A stretch of 64,000 nt of DNA from an uncultured Pseudomonadota bacterium. Lineage in GTDB: Bacteria > Babelota > Babeliae > Babelales > Vermiphilaceae. The translations under genes were made by a program, and so were the position numbers. Where the stretch lies: contig CAZGZQ010000002.1 of assembly GCA_964529835.1 (NCBI GenBank), forward strand, positions 9,341 to 73,340, read 5' to 3'. Position 1 is the first letter of the stretch, and the number at the start of each line of letters is the position of its first letter. Positions 18,633-27,119 of this stretch are shown here, piece by piece. The notes under the pieces are model-generated. The model ran no database searches. It was not told the DNA's origin and saw nothing but the letters and a program-made list of their open reading frames with translations.

Positions 18633-19121
18633 ATGAAAATTCCAAATAACAATAATCAAATGAAAACAAACCTCCAAAAAGCTTGCTATATCGATTGGTT
18701 TAAGGGATATTTACTTGCAATTATTCCAACAACAATTATTGGTTTTTTTCCTTTACTAACGATTCTGATTCCTTCTGCAATAACAATAGAAAACAAATTA
18801 ACAGCTCATAAAACAGAATTTGGTATTCCAATTCTTATCTTAATATCGGTAATAATATTAATAATTATATGCGCAAGTGTAGCATTCACATCACTTTTCA
18901 TTTTCAAATATATATCCAAAACAATCAGTTCTTTTCTTACCATTCAAAGTAGTTTATTAGGAGTCTTTATCTTATGGATTTTAAAAAGATCTTATTTTAA
19001 TAGCTTTACCTCTTTTGTGGCATTTAACATTATTATTCTTTATGTGCTTGTTGTCTTTTATATCTACCTTGCCATAAAACTTGTTACTTACAAGATGACA
19101 ACAAAGCTCAAAAGTTTTTAG
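18633..19121 (+). CDS. Small multi-pass membrane protein, member 3 of the tandem family
   Basis: It starts MKIPNNNNQMK..YIDWFKGYL, followed by 4 TM helices and FIFKYISKTIS. The track start at 18588 is TTG; the ATG at 18633 has an upstream aaagg. Confidence 0.55.
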   Translation: MKIPNNNNQMKTNLQKACYIDWFKGYLLAIIPTTIIGFFPLLTILIPSAITIENKLTAHKTEFGIPILILISVIILIIICASVAFTSLFIFKYISKTISSFLTIQSSLLGVFILWILKRSYFNSFTSFVAFNIIILYVLVVFYIYLAIKLVTYKMTTKLKSF

Positions 19122-19195
19122 TTCACGTTGTTTGCACATCAAACTTGATTTTTATTCAATTTATTATACAATAAATCTGCTATTATTTCATTTTT

Positions 19196-19281
19196 GCCGG
19201 AGTGGCGAAATGGTAGACGCACGGGACTCAAAATCCCGCGGTGGCAACACCGTGCCGGTTCAAGTCCGGCCTCCGGCACCA
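19196..19281 (+). tRNA. tRNA-Leu (anticodon CAA)
   Basis: The sequence is GCCGGAGTGGCGAAATGGTAGACGCACGGGACTCAAAATCCCG..GCCGGTTCAAGTCCGGCCTCCGGCACCA. The anticodon loop is CT-CAA-AA and the variable arm is long. Confidence 0.9.
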
Positions 19282-19389
19282 AAATCCATTTACATTATTC
19301 TACTTTTGTTAAACAACTCTTTCTTGTTTTCTGTAAAATAATTGATATAATTCGTCCACAATATCCTTGTATAATTCAATGGAGAAAAA

Positions 19390-19728
19390 TTGGTGGATAA
19401 TTGTATCTTTTGCAAAATTATTGCAAATCAAGTTCCTGCAAAAAAAATTTTTGAATCTGAAACAATTATCTGTATTCAAGATATTAATCCAAAAGCTCCT
19501 ATTCATTATTTAATAATTCCCAAAAAACATTGCGTAAATGTTTCATCACTCTCTCATGTTGAAAAAACAATTCCTTTTGATATGTTTTGCGCAGCAAAAG
19601 AGCTTTCAAAAATAAACCACAATCATACAGACTATCGACTAATCATTAATAATGGAACAAAAGTAGGGCAATCGGTACTTCATCTTCATATGCATTTTTT
19701 AAGCGGAACAATTCTATCAGATTTTTAA
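19390..19728 (+). CDS. HIT (histidine triad) family nucleotide hydrolase
   Basis: It has CIFCKII, APIHYLIIPKKH and the histidine triad HLHMHF. GGAG lies 6-8 nt upstream of the TTG/GTG start. Confidence 0.85.
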   Translation: MVDNCIFCKIIANQVPAKKIFESETIICIQDINPKAPIHYLIIPKKHCVNVSSLSHVEKTIPFDMFCAAKELSKINHNHTDYRLIINNGTKVGQSVLHLHMHFLSGTILSDF

Positions 19729-19747
19729 TAAAAAGGATTAAATAATA

Positions 19748-20716
19748 ATGAAAAATATTTTTTTATCTTTTATTACAGGTATTGTAACACAAGCATGTAT
19801 GTGTGCAGAGACAGAACTCGATTTAAAAAAATACATTGTCCGTGACTATACTCAACTCAGTTACGAGCAAAGAAAAGAGTATGCAGGAAATGAAATTGGC
19901 AAAAAATTATTTGAAATTATGCATACAAAAGAAACAAACATTGCAGTTGCTCTTGATATTGAGTCCCTTGAGCAAATTATAAACATTGCCACACTTATTG
20001 GGCCATATATTTGCTTACTTAAAATTCATGCTGACACTTTGAAAGATTTTTTTTCAGAAAATCAATCTAGTCTTACATCTTTTGATTCAGAAAAATTTGT
20101 ACTTAAAAAAATACCTTTAATTCATCAATTAAAAACGATTGCAAATCAACTGAATTTTTTAATTATGGAAGATCGAAAATTTGCTGATATTGCAAGCGTT
20201 GTTGAACAACAATACATTGGTGGAACATTTCAAATAGCAGATTGGGCAGATCTTGTTACCGCTCATTCGCTTGCAGGACCTGGAATGATTGAAGGGATGC
20301 AAGAAGCTTTAAAAAAAGCAAATATCAAAGACCCACGTGGTGTTATTATCCTTCCTCAAATGAGCACAAAAGATAATTTACTTACACAAGAATATACTCT
20401 TAATACACTGATGCAAATTATCAAATTAATAGAAGGTAAAAATTCACTTCCAACAGGGCTTATCACTCGAAGCAAAATTCATTTTAACAATAAACAACTT
20501 GACTACGGTATGCTGCGTATGACACCAGGAATTGGATTATCTGAACATACAAATAAAGATCAGCAATATATCACACCACAAAAAGCATTTGAAAATCTAG
20601 GTACAGACATTGCAATTGTGGGAAGAGCTATCTACAATTCAAACAATCCAATTGAAACAACAAAACATTTTAAGGAAATATGTTGGACTGCATACAGTAA
20701 TAGAACTAAGACATAA
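19748..20716 (+). CDS. pyrF: Orotidine-5'-phosphate decarboxylase, eukaryote-type, with N-terminal signal-like peptide
   Basis: Motifs present are KETNIAVALD, GPYICLLKIHAD, MEDRKFADIASVVEQQYIGGTFQIADWADLVTAH, LPQMST, LRMTPGIGL and IAIVGRAIY. They track human UMPS/yeast URA3 blocks such as FEDRKFADIG and WADLVNAH. The N-terminus is MKNIFLSFITGIVTQACMCA. Confidence 0.85.
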   Translation: MKNIFLSFITGIVTQACMCAETELDLKKYIVRDYTQLSYEQRKEYAGNEIGKKLFEIMHTKETNIAVALDIESLEQIINIATLIGPYICLLKIHADTLKDFFSENQSSLTSFDSEKFVLKKIPLIHQLKTIANQLNFLIMEDRKFADIASVVEQQYIGGTFQIADWADLVTAHSLAGPGMIEGMQEALKKANIKDPRGVIILPQMSTKDNLLTQEYTLNTLMQIIKLIEGKNSLPTGLITRSKIHFNNKQLDYGMLRMTPGIGLSEHTNKDQQYITPQKAFENLGTDIAIVGRAIYNSNNPIETTKHFKEICWTAYSNRTKT

Positions 20717-20808
20717 TACATAAATATAATTTTTTAATCTTATACGTGAAAACAAAGCTGCTCTCTTTTGCTTTCTTTGTATATTTATGAAATAATAACT
20801 TCATTGAG

Positions 20809-21618
20809 ATGTATTTCAAAATAATGTATAAAAACTTTATCATGACTTATTTAAGATTTTTAATTTATTTATTATTCCTATCCCAATCAATAATGAACAT
20901 GGAAAGATCTGAAGGTCTTGCAGACAAAGCATTAGCTCAGATTATTGCATATAAAAAAACCTTAACTGGTCTTTCTGTTCCACTTGATTTGCTAGAAAAT
21001 ATTTTACCCGACATTCCTTCTATTGCACCGTATATATGCTGTATAGAAATTATCATGAAAGAATTAGATTATAATAAAAAATGGAATACAATAAATACAA
21101 TAAAAGCATTATCTATAAAACATAACTTTATGCTCATTGCAGAAGATAATTTTTTTAAAGAAAGTAGCTATAGACAAAACTGTACATGGGCTGATTTTGC
21201 AACGGTTATGAATTTTGAAGATATTATTGCATTAAAAGAAATTTTATTAGAAAAGCAAATAAAAGCTCCACGTGGAGCCTTTGTTAAAGTACAACAACTT
21301 AACAAAATATTTCCGCATACTACAAATATGATGCTAGAAAAAATAAAAAACAGCCAAGACCCATTTATTATAGGGGTAATGCACATTACTGATATTAACC
21401 ATAAATATAGCCATCTATTAAAAATAAGCGAAGAAAAAATTCCTTTAAATCTTGATATTGAAAAAATTTACTCTCTTTTCCAATATCTTATTGCATTCAG
21501 AAGGACAGATATTTGTTTGCTTAGTCTTTCTAATCCTTCGGATTTAAATAAAATTTCTAATTTATCAAATTTTTACTTTAACATTTATAAATTAACAAAT
21601 TTTTCTAATACTTTATAA
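20809..21618 (+). CDS. Degenerate OMP-decarboxylase-like paralogue (catalytic residues lost)
   Basis: It is collinear with 19748-20716. APYICCIEIIMKEL aligns to GPYICLLKIHADTL, IAEDNFFKES to MEDRKFADIA, and CTWADFATVM to IADWADLVTAH. Both catalytic Lys residues and the DxKxxD motif are missing. Confidence 0.6.
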   Translation: MYFKIMYKNFIMTYLRFLIYLLFLSQSIMNMERSEGLADKALAQIIAYKKTLTGLSVPLDLLENILPDIPSIAPYICCIEIIMKELDYNKKWNTINTIKALSIKHNFMLIAEDNFFKESSYRQNCTWADFATVMNFEDIIALKEILLEKQIKAPRGAFVKVQQLNKIFPHTTNMMLEKIKNSQDPFIIGVMHITDINHKYSHLLKISEEKIPLNLDIEKIYSLFQYLIAFRRTDICLLSLSNPSDLNKISNLSNFYFNIYKLTNFSNTL

Positions 21619-21660
21619 CAAAAAATATACTTAATTTTTAGTTTTTCTTAAATTATATAC

Positions 21661-23025
21661 CTATTTTTTACGTGATAACTTTGTTTTTAATTTTTTTTGT
21701 GGTTCTTTTTTTGGATCCCATGCAATAATGACTATTGATTGATCACCTTGTATCTTGCCAATCTCTTTTACAATAATTTCTTTTGTAGTTTTTTGTTTTA
21801 AAAACCACCCCTTAATTTTTTGAAAAAATGATTTTTTCTGAACAATTTCAGGATTAATAAATGAACTCAAGTTAAATTTTTCTTTTTGAACGGTTGCAAC
21901 ATGAAGCAACTCGGTTGCAAGTTGAATCGATTTATCAGTAAGTCCATATTGGGTAAAGACTGATTCAACAATATGTGTTGCAATTTCTGCTGATCCCAAA
22001 CGATTACAATGATGGTCAACAAGCACTTTATCATTGGCATGATTTTCATCTTCATCTACAGCAGCACTGCATGCAGCAAAATCCCATGAAAAATAATCTT
22101 GAATACGAGTAGGCAACGATTTCCATACATCATTATTTGCTATAATAATAAACCGATACCCACTCAATGCTTTAGTATTATGCTCATTTCCTTTTCTTGT
22201 TAGTGCTTTATTTTTTGCATAAAGCTGGAAATCCATTTTTTTTAACGATTGCGCAACCGGAAAAAATTCTATATCAAAATCATGCGAGGTGGTTGCAAGT
22301 AGTTTGAAATTATAATCAAAAATAGAAACATCTGGTTCTGCAGTAATTCCGGCAAGTTTTGTGTTGCCAAACATTCGACTTATCCACCAACGCGCAAACT
22401 GATTATTATCTTTTTGAAAAAGTGTATTATTTTGAACAATTCCACCAGCTTTTTCAATTCGCTTTTTTTCATGGGGTAAAAAAGGCTTGTGATCATGCGT
22501 CATAATTGAATTCAAATCAGAACTTACTGCGCGACTATCACCAACATGCGCAACAACAATTTTATCCGGTAAGAAAAGAGTCACAACTCCAGAAGAATAA
22601 CTTTGTGTATCTGCAAAATTAGTTTCATTAAAAGTAAGAAAAATTTCTTTTACTTTTTTTATCAATACATCATTTGATGTTTTATGATTTACAATTATTG
22701 GATCTTCAAGCAAATCAAAAACCAATGCATTGTATGACAAACGAGCTAATGGCAAAACTTGCTCTAATTTTTGCTCCGTATCAACAATACCAAAAATTTC
22801 ATTTACATTAAAATGAGCAATACCATATGCAGACTGACCTGAAGATAAATTTTTTTTATAAAGCTTTATTTGCTTATTATCTCTATCTGAAGTATTGCTC
22901 ACATCGCTTATACTTAAAAAACCATCCTGTTTTGAAAGCTTAACTTTTGCACTAAATGAGCCCCAAACAACATCTTTGCCACTTATATGTAAAAAAAAAA
23001 GAAGTAATAATAAAATTATATTCAT
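21661..23025 (-). CDS. PP2C (PPM) family Ser/Thr phosphatase with signal peptide
   Basis: Motifs present are FGIVD, VVAHVGDSRAV, HDHKPFLPHEKKRIEKAGGIV, RMFGNTKLAG..EPDV, IIANNDVW and GDQSIVIIAW. The signal peptide is MNIILLLLLFFLHISG. Confidence 0.8.
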   Translation of the reverse strand: MNIILLLLLFFLHISGKDVVWGSFSAKVKLSKQDGFLSISDVSNTSDRDNKQIKLYKKNLSSGQSAYGIAHFNVNEIFGIVDTEQKLEQVLPLARLSYNALVFDLLEDPIIVNHKTSNDVLIKKVKEIFLTFNETNFADTQSYSSGVVTLFLPDKIVVAHVGDSRAVSSDLNSIMTHDHKPFLPHEKKRIEKAGGIVQNNTLFQKDNNQFARWWISRMFGNTKLAGITAEPDVSIFDYNFKLLATTSHDFDIEFFPVAQSLKKMDFQLYAKNKALTRKGNEHNTKALSGYRFIIIANNDVWKSLPTRIQDYFSWDFAACSAAVDEDENHANDKVLVDHHCNRLGSAEIATHIVESVFTQYGLTDKSIQLATELLHVATVQKEKFNLSSFINPEIVQKKSFFQKIKGWFLKQKTTKEIIVKEIGKIQGDQSIVIIAWDPKKEPQKKLKTKLSRKK

Positions 23026-23084
23026 GATAAAACCTCAAAACCCATTTTTATTGAATCTAGAAAACAATTGAAAAATTAGTCAAT

Positions 23085-23122
23085 AAAAAAAAGTGCTGCT
23101 CTTTTTTCAAAGAACAGCACTT
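23085..23122 (-). terminator. Rho-independent terminator after the DEAD-box helicase gene
   Basis: On the minus strand, agtgctgttcttt-gaa-aaagagcagcact forms a 13-bp stem with one G-U pair. A T8 run follows. Confidence 0.75.
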
Positions 23123-23147
23123 ACAAAATAGTATTTAATCAAAGCTT

Positions 23148-24827
23148 TTAAAAACGATCATTATCCCGATGAGATGAATTTCGCTTTTTAAAAGAATCTT
23201 GTTGATCAAAAAAACTTATTCGTGAACGATTTTTATCATTTGATGATGATCGACGACGATCAGTACCAAAAGCAGATGATTGATCACGAGAAGAACCATT
23301 TTCAGATGAACGATTCCACTTATCCTGATACGATTTTTTATGTTCAGTACCACGATTCATAAATCCATCAGTTTTTTTAAATCCTTCAGACTTTCTTTCA
23401 GCTCTAAACATTGATCTTTGTTCATCACTTGCAGGCTTTACAAAACCATCGCGAGGAACAAAAGAACTATCTCTTGATGCATCATTTGAGCGAGATCGTG
23501 AAAATCTACCCCCAAAAGATCCACGTCTTTCATCTTCAAAAGATTTAGAGCTACCACCACCGCCGCCATTACGACCAGCACCACCATATCTTTTAAATCT
23601 ATCTTGACCACCACCGCGTGCGCCACCACGACTGCCGCCAAAACCACGCGATGAAAAACGTCCACCACCACGATAGTTATTGCCATATGAAGAGCCTTCA
23701 GACTCACTCCCTGCTTTTCCAGGATTTAACATCCGATCAATTGCAACCCATAAACGCTTTTCATGAGGAGCGATCAAACAAACTGCAGCACCTTGAGCAC
23801 CAGCACGAGCCGTTCTTCCAATGCGATGAATATAATCTTCAGCACATTGTGGCAAATCATAATTAATTACAAGTTTAATATTTTGAATATCAAGACCACG
23901 GGCTGCAATATCAGTTGCAACCAAAATACGAAATCTCCCCTTGCGAAATCCAAGCACAACAGACTCACGTTTACTTTGGCGCAAATCGCCGTGCATTGCT
24001 ACTGCCAAGTGATGATCCTCACTTAACCTCTCTGCAAGCCGAGCAGCTCCCATTTTTGTTTTCACAAAAACAATAATTGCACCTTCGTTTTGATTAAGCT
24101 GAGTAACAAGAGCTTCGTACTTTCCATGCTCTTGAACATGAATAATTTCTTGAGTTATATTTGCAGCAGGAGTACTCACTGGACCAACAGAAATCCGAAC
24201 CGGAGTTTTAAGATATTTTTGGGCACGTACCTCAATTTCTTTTGGTAATGTCGCTGAAAACATCATTGTTTGACGATTTTCGCTTAAATGGCTAATAATC
24301 TCTGCAACCTGTAAATCAAAGCCCATGTCAAACATGCGATCCATTTCATCCAAAACGAGAAAAGTAACCTGCTTTGGATTATATGTACCCTGCTCTAAAT
24401 GATCAATGATACGACCAGGAGTCCCTACGACAATTCGAGGATTTGCACGAAGCTGACGATACTGCCTAAAAATTGGTTCACCACCAATTAAAAGAGCTGT
24501 CATAATTCGTAAATCTCGACCAATCAATGTCTGCAAAGCTTGCTGAACTTGTGTTGCAAGTTCACGAGTTGGCACAACAATCAATGCACAATCATGCTGA
24601 TTTTCAAGAAGGCGTGCAAGTAATGGAATAGAAAACGCAAGCGTTTTACCAGTTCCAGTTTGCGCAGAGCCCAAAACGTCCAAACCTTTTAACGCCACAG
24701 GAAGCACTTCTTGTTGTATTGGCGTCGGATGTATAAATTTATTTAATGTCAGCGCATTTAGAATTGAACTCGGCACTTCAAAGTGCTCAAACAATGCTAC
24801 TGACTCTTTGATTTGATCTTTATTCAC
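23148..24827 (-). CDS. DEAD-box ATP-dependent RNA helicase with ~190-aa RGG/Ser-Arg-rich C-terminal tail
   Basis: Motifs present are AQTGTGKT, PTRELA, VLDEMDRM (DEMD variant of motif II), SAT and HRIGRTARAG. The tail reads YRGGGRFSSRGFGGSRGGARGGG...RSRSNDASRD. The GTG start lies 3 nt after the csp stop. Confidence 0.9.
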   Translation of the reverse strand: MNKDQIKESVALFEHFEVPSSILNALTLNKFIHPTPIQQEVLPVALKGLDVLGSAQTGTGKTLAFSIPLLARLLENQHDCALIVVPTRELATQVQQALQTLIGRDLRIMTALLIGGEPIFRQYRQLRANPRIVVGTPGRIIDHLEQGTYNPKQVTFLVLDEMDRMFDMGFDLQVAEIISHLSENRQTMMFSATLPKEIEVRAQKYLKTPVRISVGPVSTPAANITQEIIHVQEHGKYEALVTQLNQNEGAIIVFVKTKMGAARLAERLSEDHHLAVAMHGDLRQSKRESVVLGFRKGRFRILVATDIAARGLDIQNIKLVINYDLPQCAEDYIHRIGRTARAGAQGAAVCLIAPHEKRLWVAIDRMLNPGKAGSESEGSSYGNNYRGGGRFSSRGFGGSRGGARGGGQDRFKRYGGAGRNGGGGGSSKSFEDERRGSFGGRFSRSRSNDASRDSSFVPRDGFVKPASDEQRSMFRAERKSEGFKKTDGFMNRGTEHKKSYQDKWNRSSENGSSRDQSSAFGTDRRRSSSNDKNRSRISFFDQQDSFKKRNSSHRDNDRF

Positions 24828-24830
24828 AAA

Positions 24831-25043
24831 TTACTCGCCATTCAAAATTTGAAGGGATCCTGCAGATATTTTCCCTTTATTTGTTACCAAATCGTAATTT
24901 AAACGTTGCCCTTCTTGCAAGTTTGAAATTCCGGCTTTTTGCAACGCACTGATATGCACAAACACATCATTACCACCTTCATCAGGTTGAATAAAGCCAT
25001 ATCCTTTAGTAACATTAAACCATTTAACAACACCTGTTTTCAT
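24831..25043 (-). CDS. cspA: Cold-shock protein (CspA family)
   Basis: It has [15 protein letters not shown] (RNP1) and VFVHIS (RNP2) and is 70 aa. AAGGAG lies 8 nt upstream of the ATG. Confidence 0.95.
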   Translation of the reverse strand: MKTGVVKWFNVTKGYGFIQPDEGGNDVFVHISALQKAGISNLQEGQRLNYDLVTNKGKISAGSLQILNGE

Positions 25044-25206
25044 AAACAGACTCCTTAAAAACTATCGCTCATCATAACACTACACACCTTTATACATCGA
25101 AAAACTAACATGAAAATGAATCCATAGAAACAGCTTGAACGAAGAAAAGATATGATGCTCATAACAGATAATAGTAGAAATAAACATATACACTTATAGT
25201 ATTTTC

Positions 25207-25235
25207 ATTGTATACTATAATTTTAAGAAAAGCAA
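25207..25235 (-). promoter_or_regulatory. Sigma70-like promoter candidate for csp-helicase operon, implying a ~155-nt 5' leader
   Basis: On the minus strand the sequence is TTGCTT-17 nt-TACAAT. The -35 box is at 25230-25235 and the -10 box at 25207-25212. No experimental TSS is available. Confidence 0.4.
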
Positions 25236-25322
25236 AGTACAAAAAAAAATCCCTCAAATAAAGCTAGTTACATAGTTTTAAAGCAGTTTTATAGATTCTT
25301 TATATTAACCTAAAAACAGACC

Positions 25323-25925
25323 ATGACCTCACAAAGCAGCCCCATAATTAAAAATTCATCTTTTTTGTTAATTTTGTGCCTTATTCTTTTAATTTCAGCT
25401 AAATTTACTTATACAATGGAAAATAATCTGTCAAAAACAGTTCATTGTCAAAACTTTTTCAAGCAGTCTCTTACCATGGTGACTAATATTATAAAAACAT
25501 ATGTAAAGGACTCTTCAAGCTACTTAAAAGAAAAAATTCCTACAAAAATGCAAAAGTCATTTTACTGGAAGAATTCATTCATCAATGGCTTTAAAACAAA
25601 CACCGCTTTTGCTCTTTTTGCAACATTTGCATACCCTCTTAATATTGTAAGCGGTAAAAAAGCCATTCTGTTACAAACCCTTTTTATTATAAAAAACATT
25701 ATTTGTTTAAGAATGTTTTCAAATAACTCAGATAGCACATATTGCAGCTGTAAATCTTATGATAAAAAATCAGTGAATTTTGATCATGCAATATTTCTTA
25801 ATGACTTTATCGCACCATATAGTGTAACTTTACTTGGCACTGGTTTATTATATGGAGGAATGAAACAAATAATACAATTAACTCATAAAACAAGTGTTCA
25901 TCAACTTTTTTCAACTATCACTTAA
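25323..25925 (+). CDS. Hypothetical membrane protein
   Basis: The N-terminus is the hydrophobic segment FLLILCLILLISA, and further hydrophobic helices follow. No motif was recognised. Confidence 0.5.
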   Translation: MTSQSSPIIKNSSFLLILCLILLISAKFTYTMENNLSKTVHCQNFFKQSLTMVTNIIKTYVKDSSSYLKEKIPTKMQKSFYWKNSFINGFKTNTAFALFATFAYPLNIVSGKKAILLQTLFIIKNIICLRMFSNNSDSTYCSCKSYDKKSVNFDHAIFLNDFIAPYSVTLLGTGLLYGGMKQIIQLTHKTSVHQLFSTIT

Positions 25926-26956
25926 TTTAAAAAAGCATTTCGTAGAAAAATTAACAATTTTTCAGCTTCTTTTAATGCGCAAATACCCGCACGATAGCAC
26001 CACTCAGGATTTTTATCTTCAAAAACATCATTCAAAAATTCAGTCAATGGCTTTACATAAAAAACATTTTGTTGAGCTTGTATAGAATTTTTATCAGCTA
26101 TTTCAAGCATCCAAAAAGCAAACTTTGCACAAACAAACGCTTTAAATATAGCAAACTGAAACAAATCGTGCTGGCTTATCTGTCTATTCCAATATTGCTC
26201 TAATAAGTATTTTTCTTCTTGTTTATCACAACCAAAAAAAACTGCTAAATGAGCTAAGTCAACATACGGATGATCATAACGAACAGTTTCAAAATCAATA
26301 AGTTTGATTTTTTCATCATAAAAAAAAATATTAAGTCGATGCAAATCTCCATGAACTAGAACAGGTGCTACATTTGTATCAATGCAAGACTCAAAAAACG
26401 CCAATAGCTCTTTTAATGGAATGAGATTCATTCCACAAAGTTTATTCTGTTTTAAAACATATGAAAAACGCTTATTTATAATCGAAGTAAATACATCTTG
26501 TTGTCGACGCACAACAAATTCATCAGTTGATATTTCATGAATTTTTTTTACGCAAGAAAGCAATAGATCAATTTGCTTATAACGGTCTAATGAAACCTTA
26601 TCGTATTGCGATGGAGTCAAGTATTCCATAATAATAATACCTGCCTGTGCATCTGAATATATTACTTCTGGACCAAAACCTTCCTTTTCTGCATATTGAT
26701 GAAAAGCAATCTCATTCATACGACCAGGAGTAAAAAATTTTTCATTAAATCGAACTATGCATGATTTGTTGGCATAGTCAACTTTATAAATCAATGGCTC
26801 TTTATCCTGTGACTTTAAAACATTAAAAGTATAAGGACCTTCATAACCAGTAATGCCGAATAAAATATCAACAATCTGACTTCGTTTATCGATTAATTTA
26901 ATTGGTTTTGCAAAACAATAATTAAAAAAAGAAATTAAAAAAAATAAAACAAACAT
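25922..26956 (-). CDS. Protein-kinase-like fold phosphotransferase (APH/choline-kinase family) with signal peptide
   Basis: It has the catalytic loop LVHGDLHRLNIFF and LIDFETVRYDHPYVDLAHL. The N-terminus is MFVLFFLISFFNYCFA. Confidence 0.7.
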   Translation of the reverse strand: MFVLFFLISFFNYCFAKPIKLIDKRSQIVDILFGITGYEGPYTFNVLKSQDKEPLIYKVDYANKSCIVRFNEKFFTPGRMNEIAFHQYAEKEGFGPEVIYSDAQAGIIIMEYLTPSQYDKVSLDRYKQIDLLLSCVKKIHEISTDEFVVRRQQDVFTSIINKRFSYVLKQNKLCGMNLIPLKELLAFFESCIDTNVAPVLVHGDLHRLNIFFYDEKIKLIDFETVRYDHPYVDLAHLAVFFGCDKQEEKYLLEQYWNRQISQHDLFQFAIFKAFVCAKFAFWMLEIADKNSIQAQQNVFYVKPLTEFLNDVFEDKNPEWCYRAGICALKEAEKLLIFLRNAFLN

Positions 26957-27119
26957 AAAGAACCCAAAAAACTAATAAAAATATTTACTATCAGTATATA
27001 TTTTTAAAATAATAAGTCAAATTTAATTTTTATTGTTTTTAAAAAATAAAAATTAAATTTTATAATAAAACAACCATTTTTTAAAAAATAAAAAATGAGC
27101 AACATACTCAATAGATTCT

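Noticed and set aside
19132-19400. Two track ORFs (69 and 68 aa) overlap tRNA-Leu.
   Set aside because: They are translations through the tRNA-Leu(CAA) gene (for example GEMVDARDSKSRGGN is the tRNA body). They have no SD and are not coding.
27020-27059. A 15-bp perfect inverted repeat, aatttaatttttatt/aataaaaattaaatt, lies downstream of the ABC exporter gene.
   Set aside because: The stem is A/T only and therefore very weak. In sequence this AT-rich such palindromes arise by chance. I did not call it a terminator.
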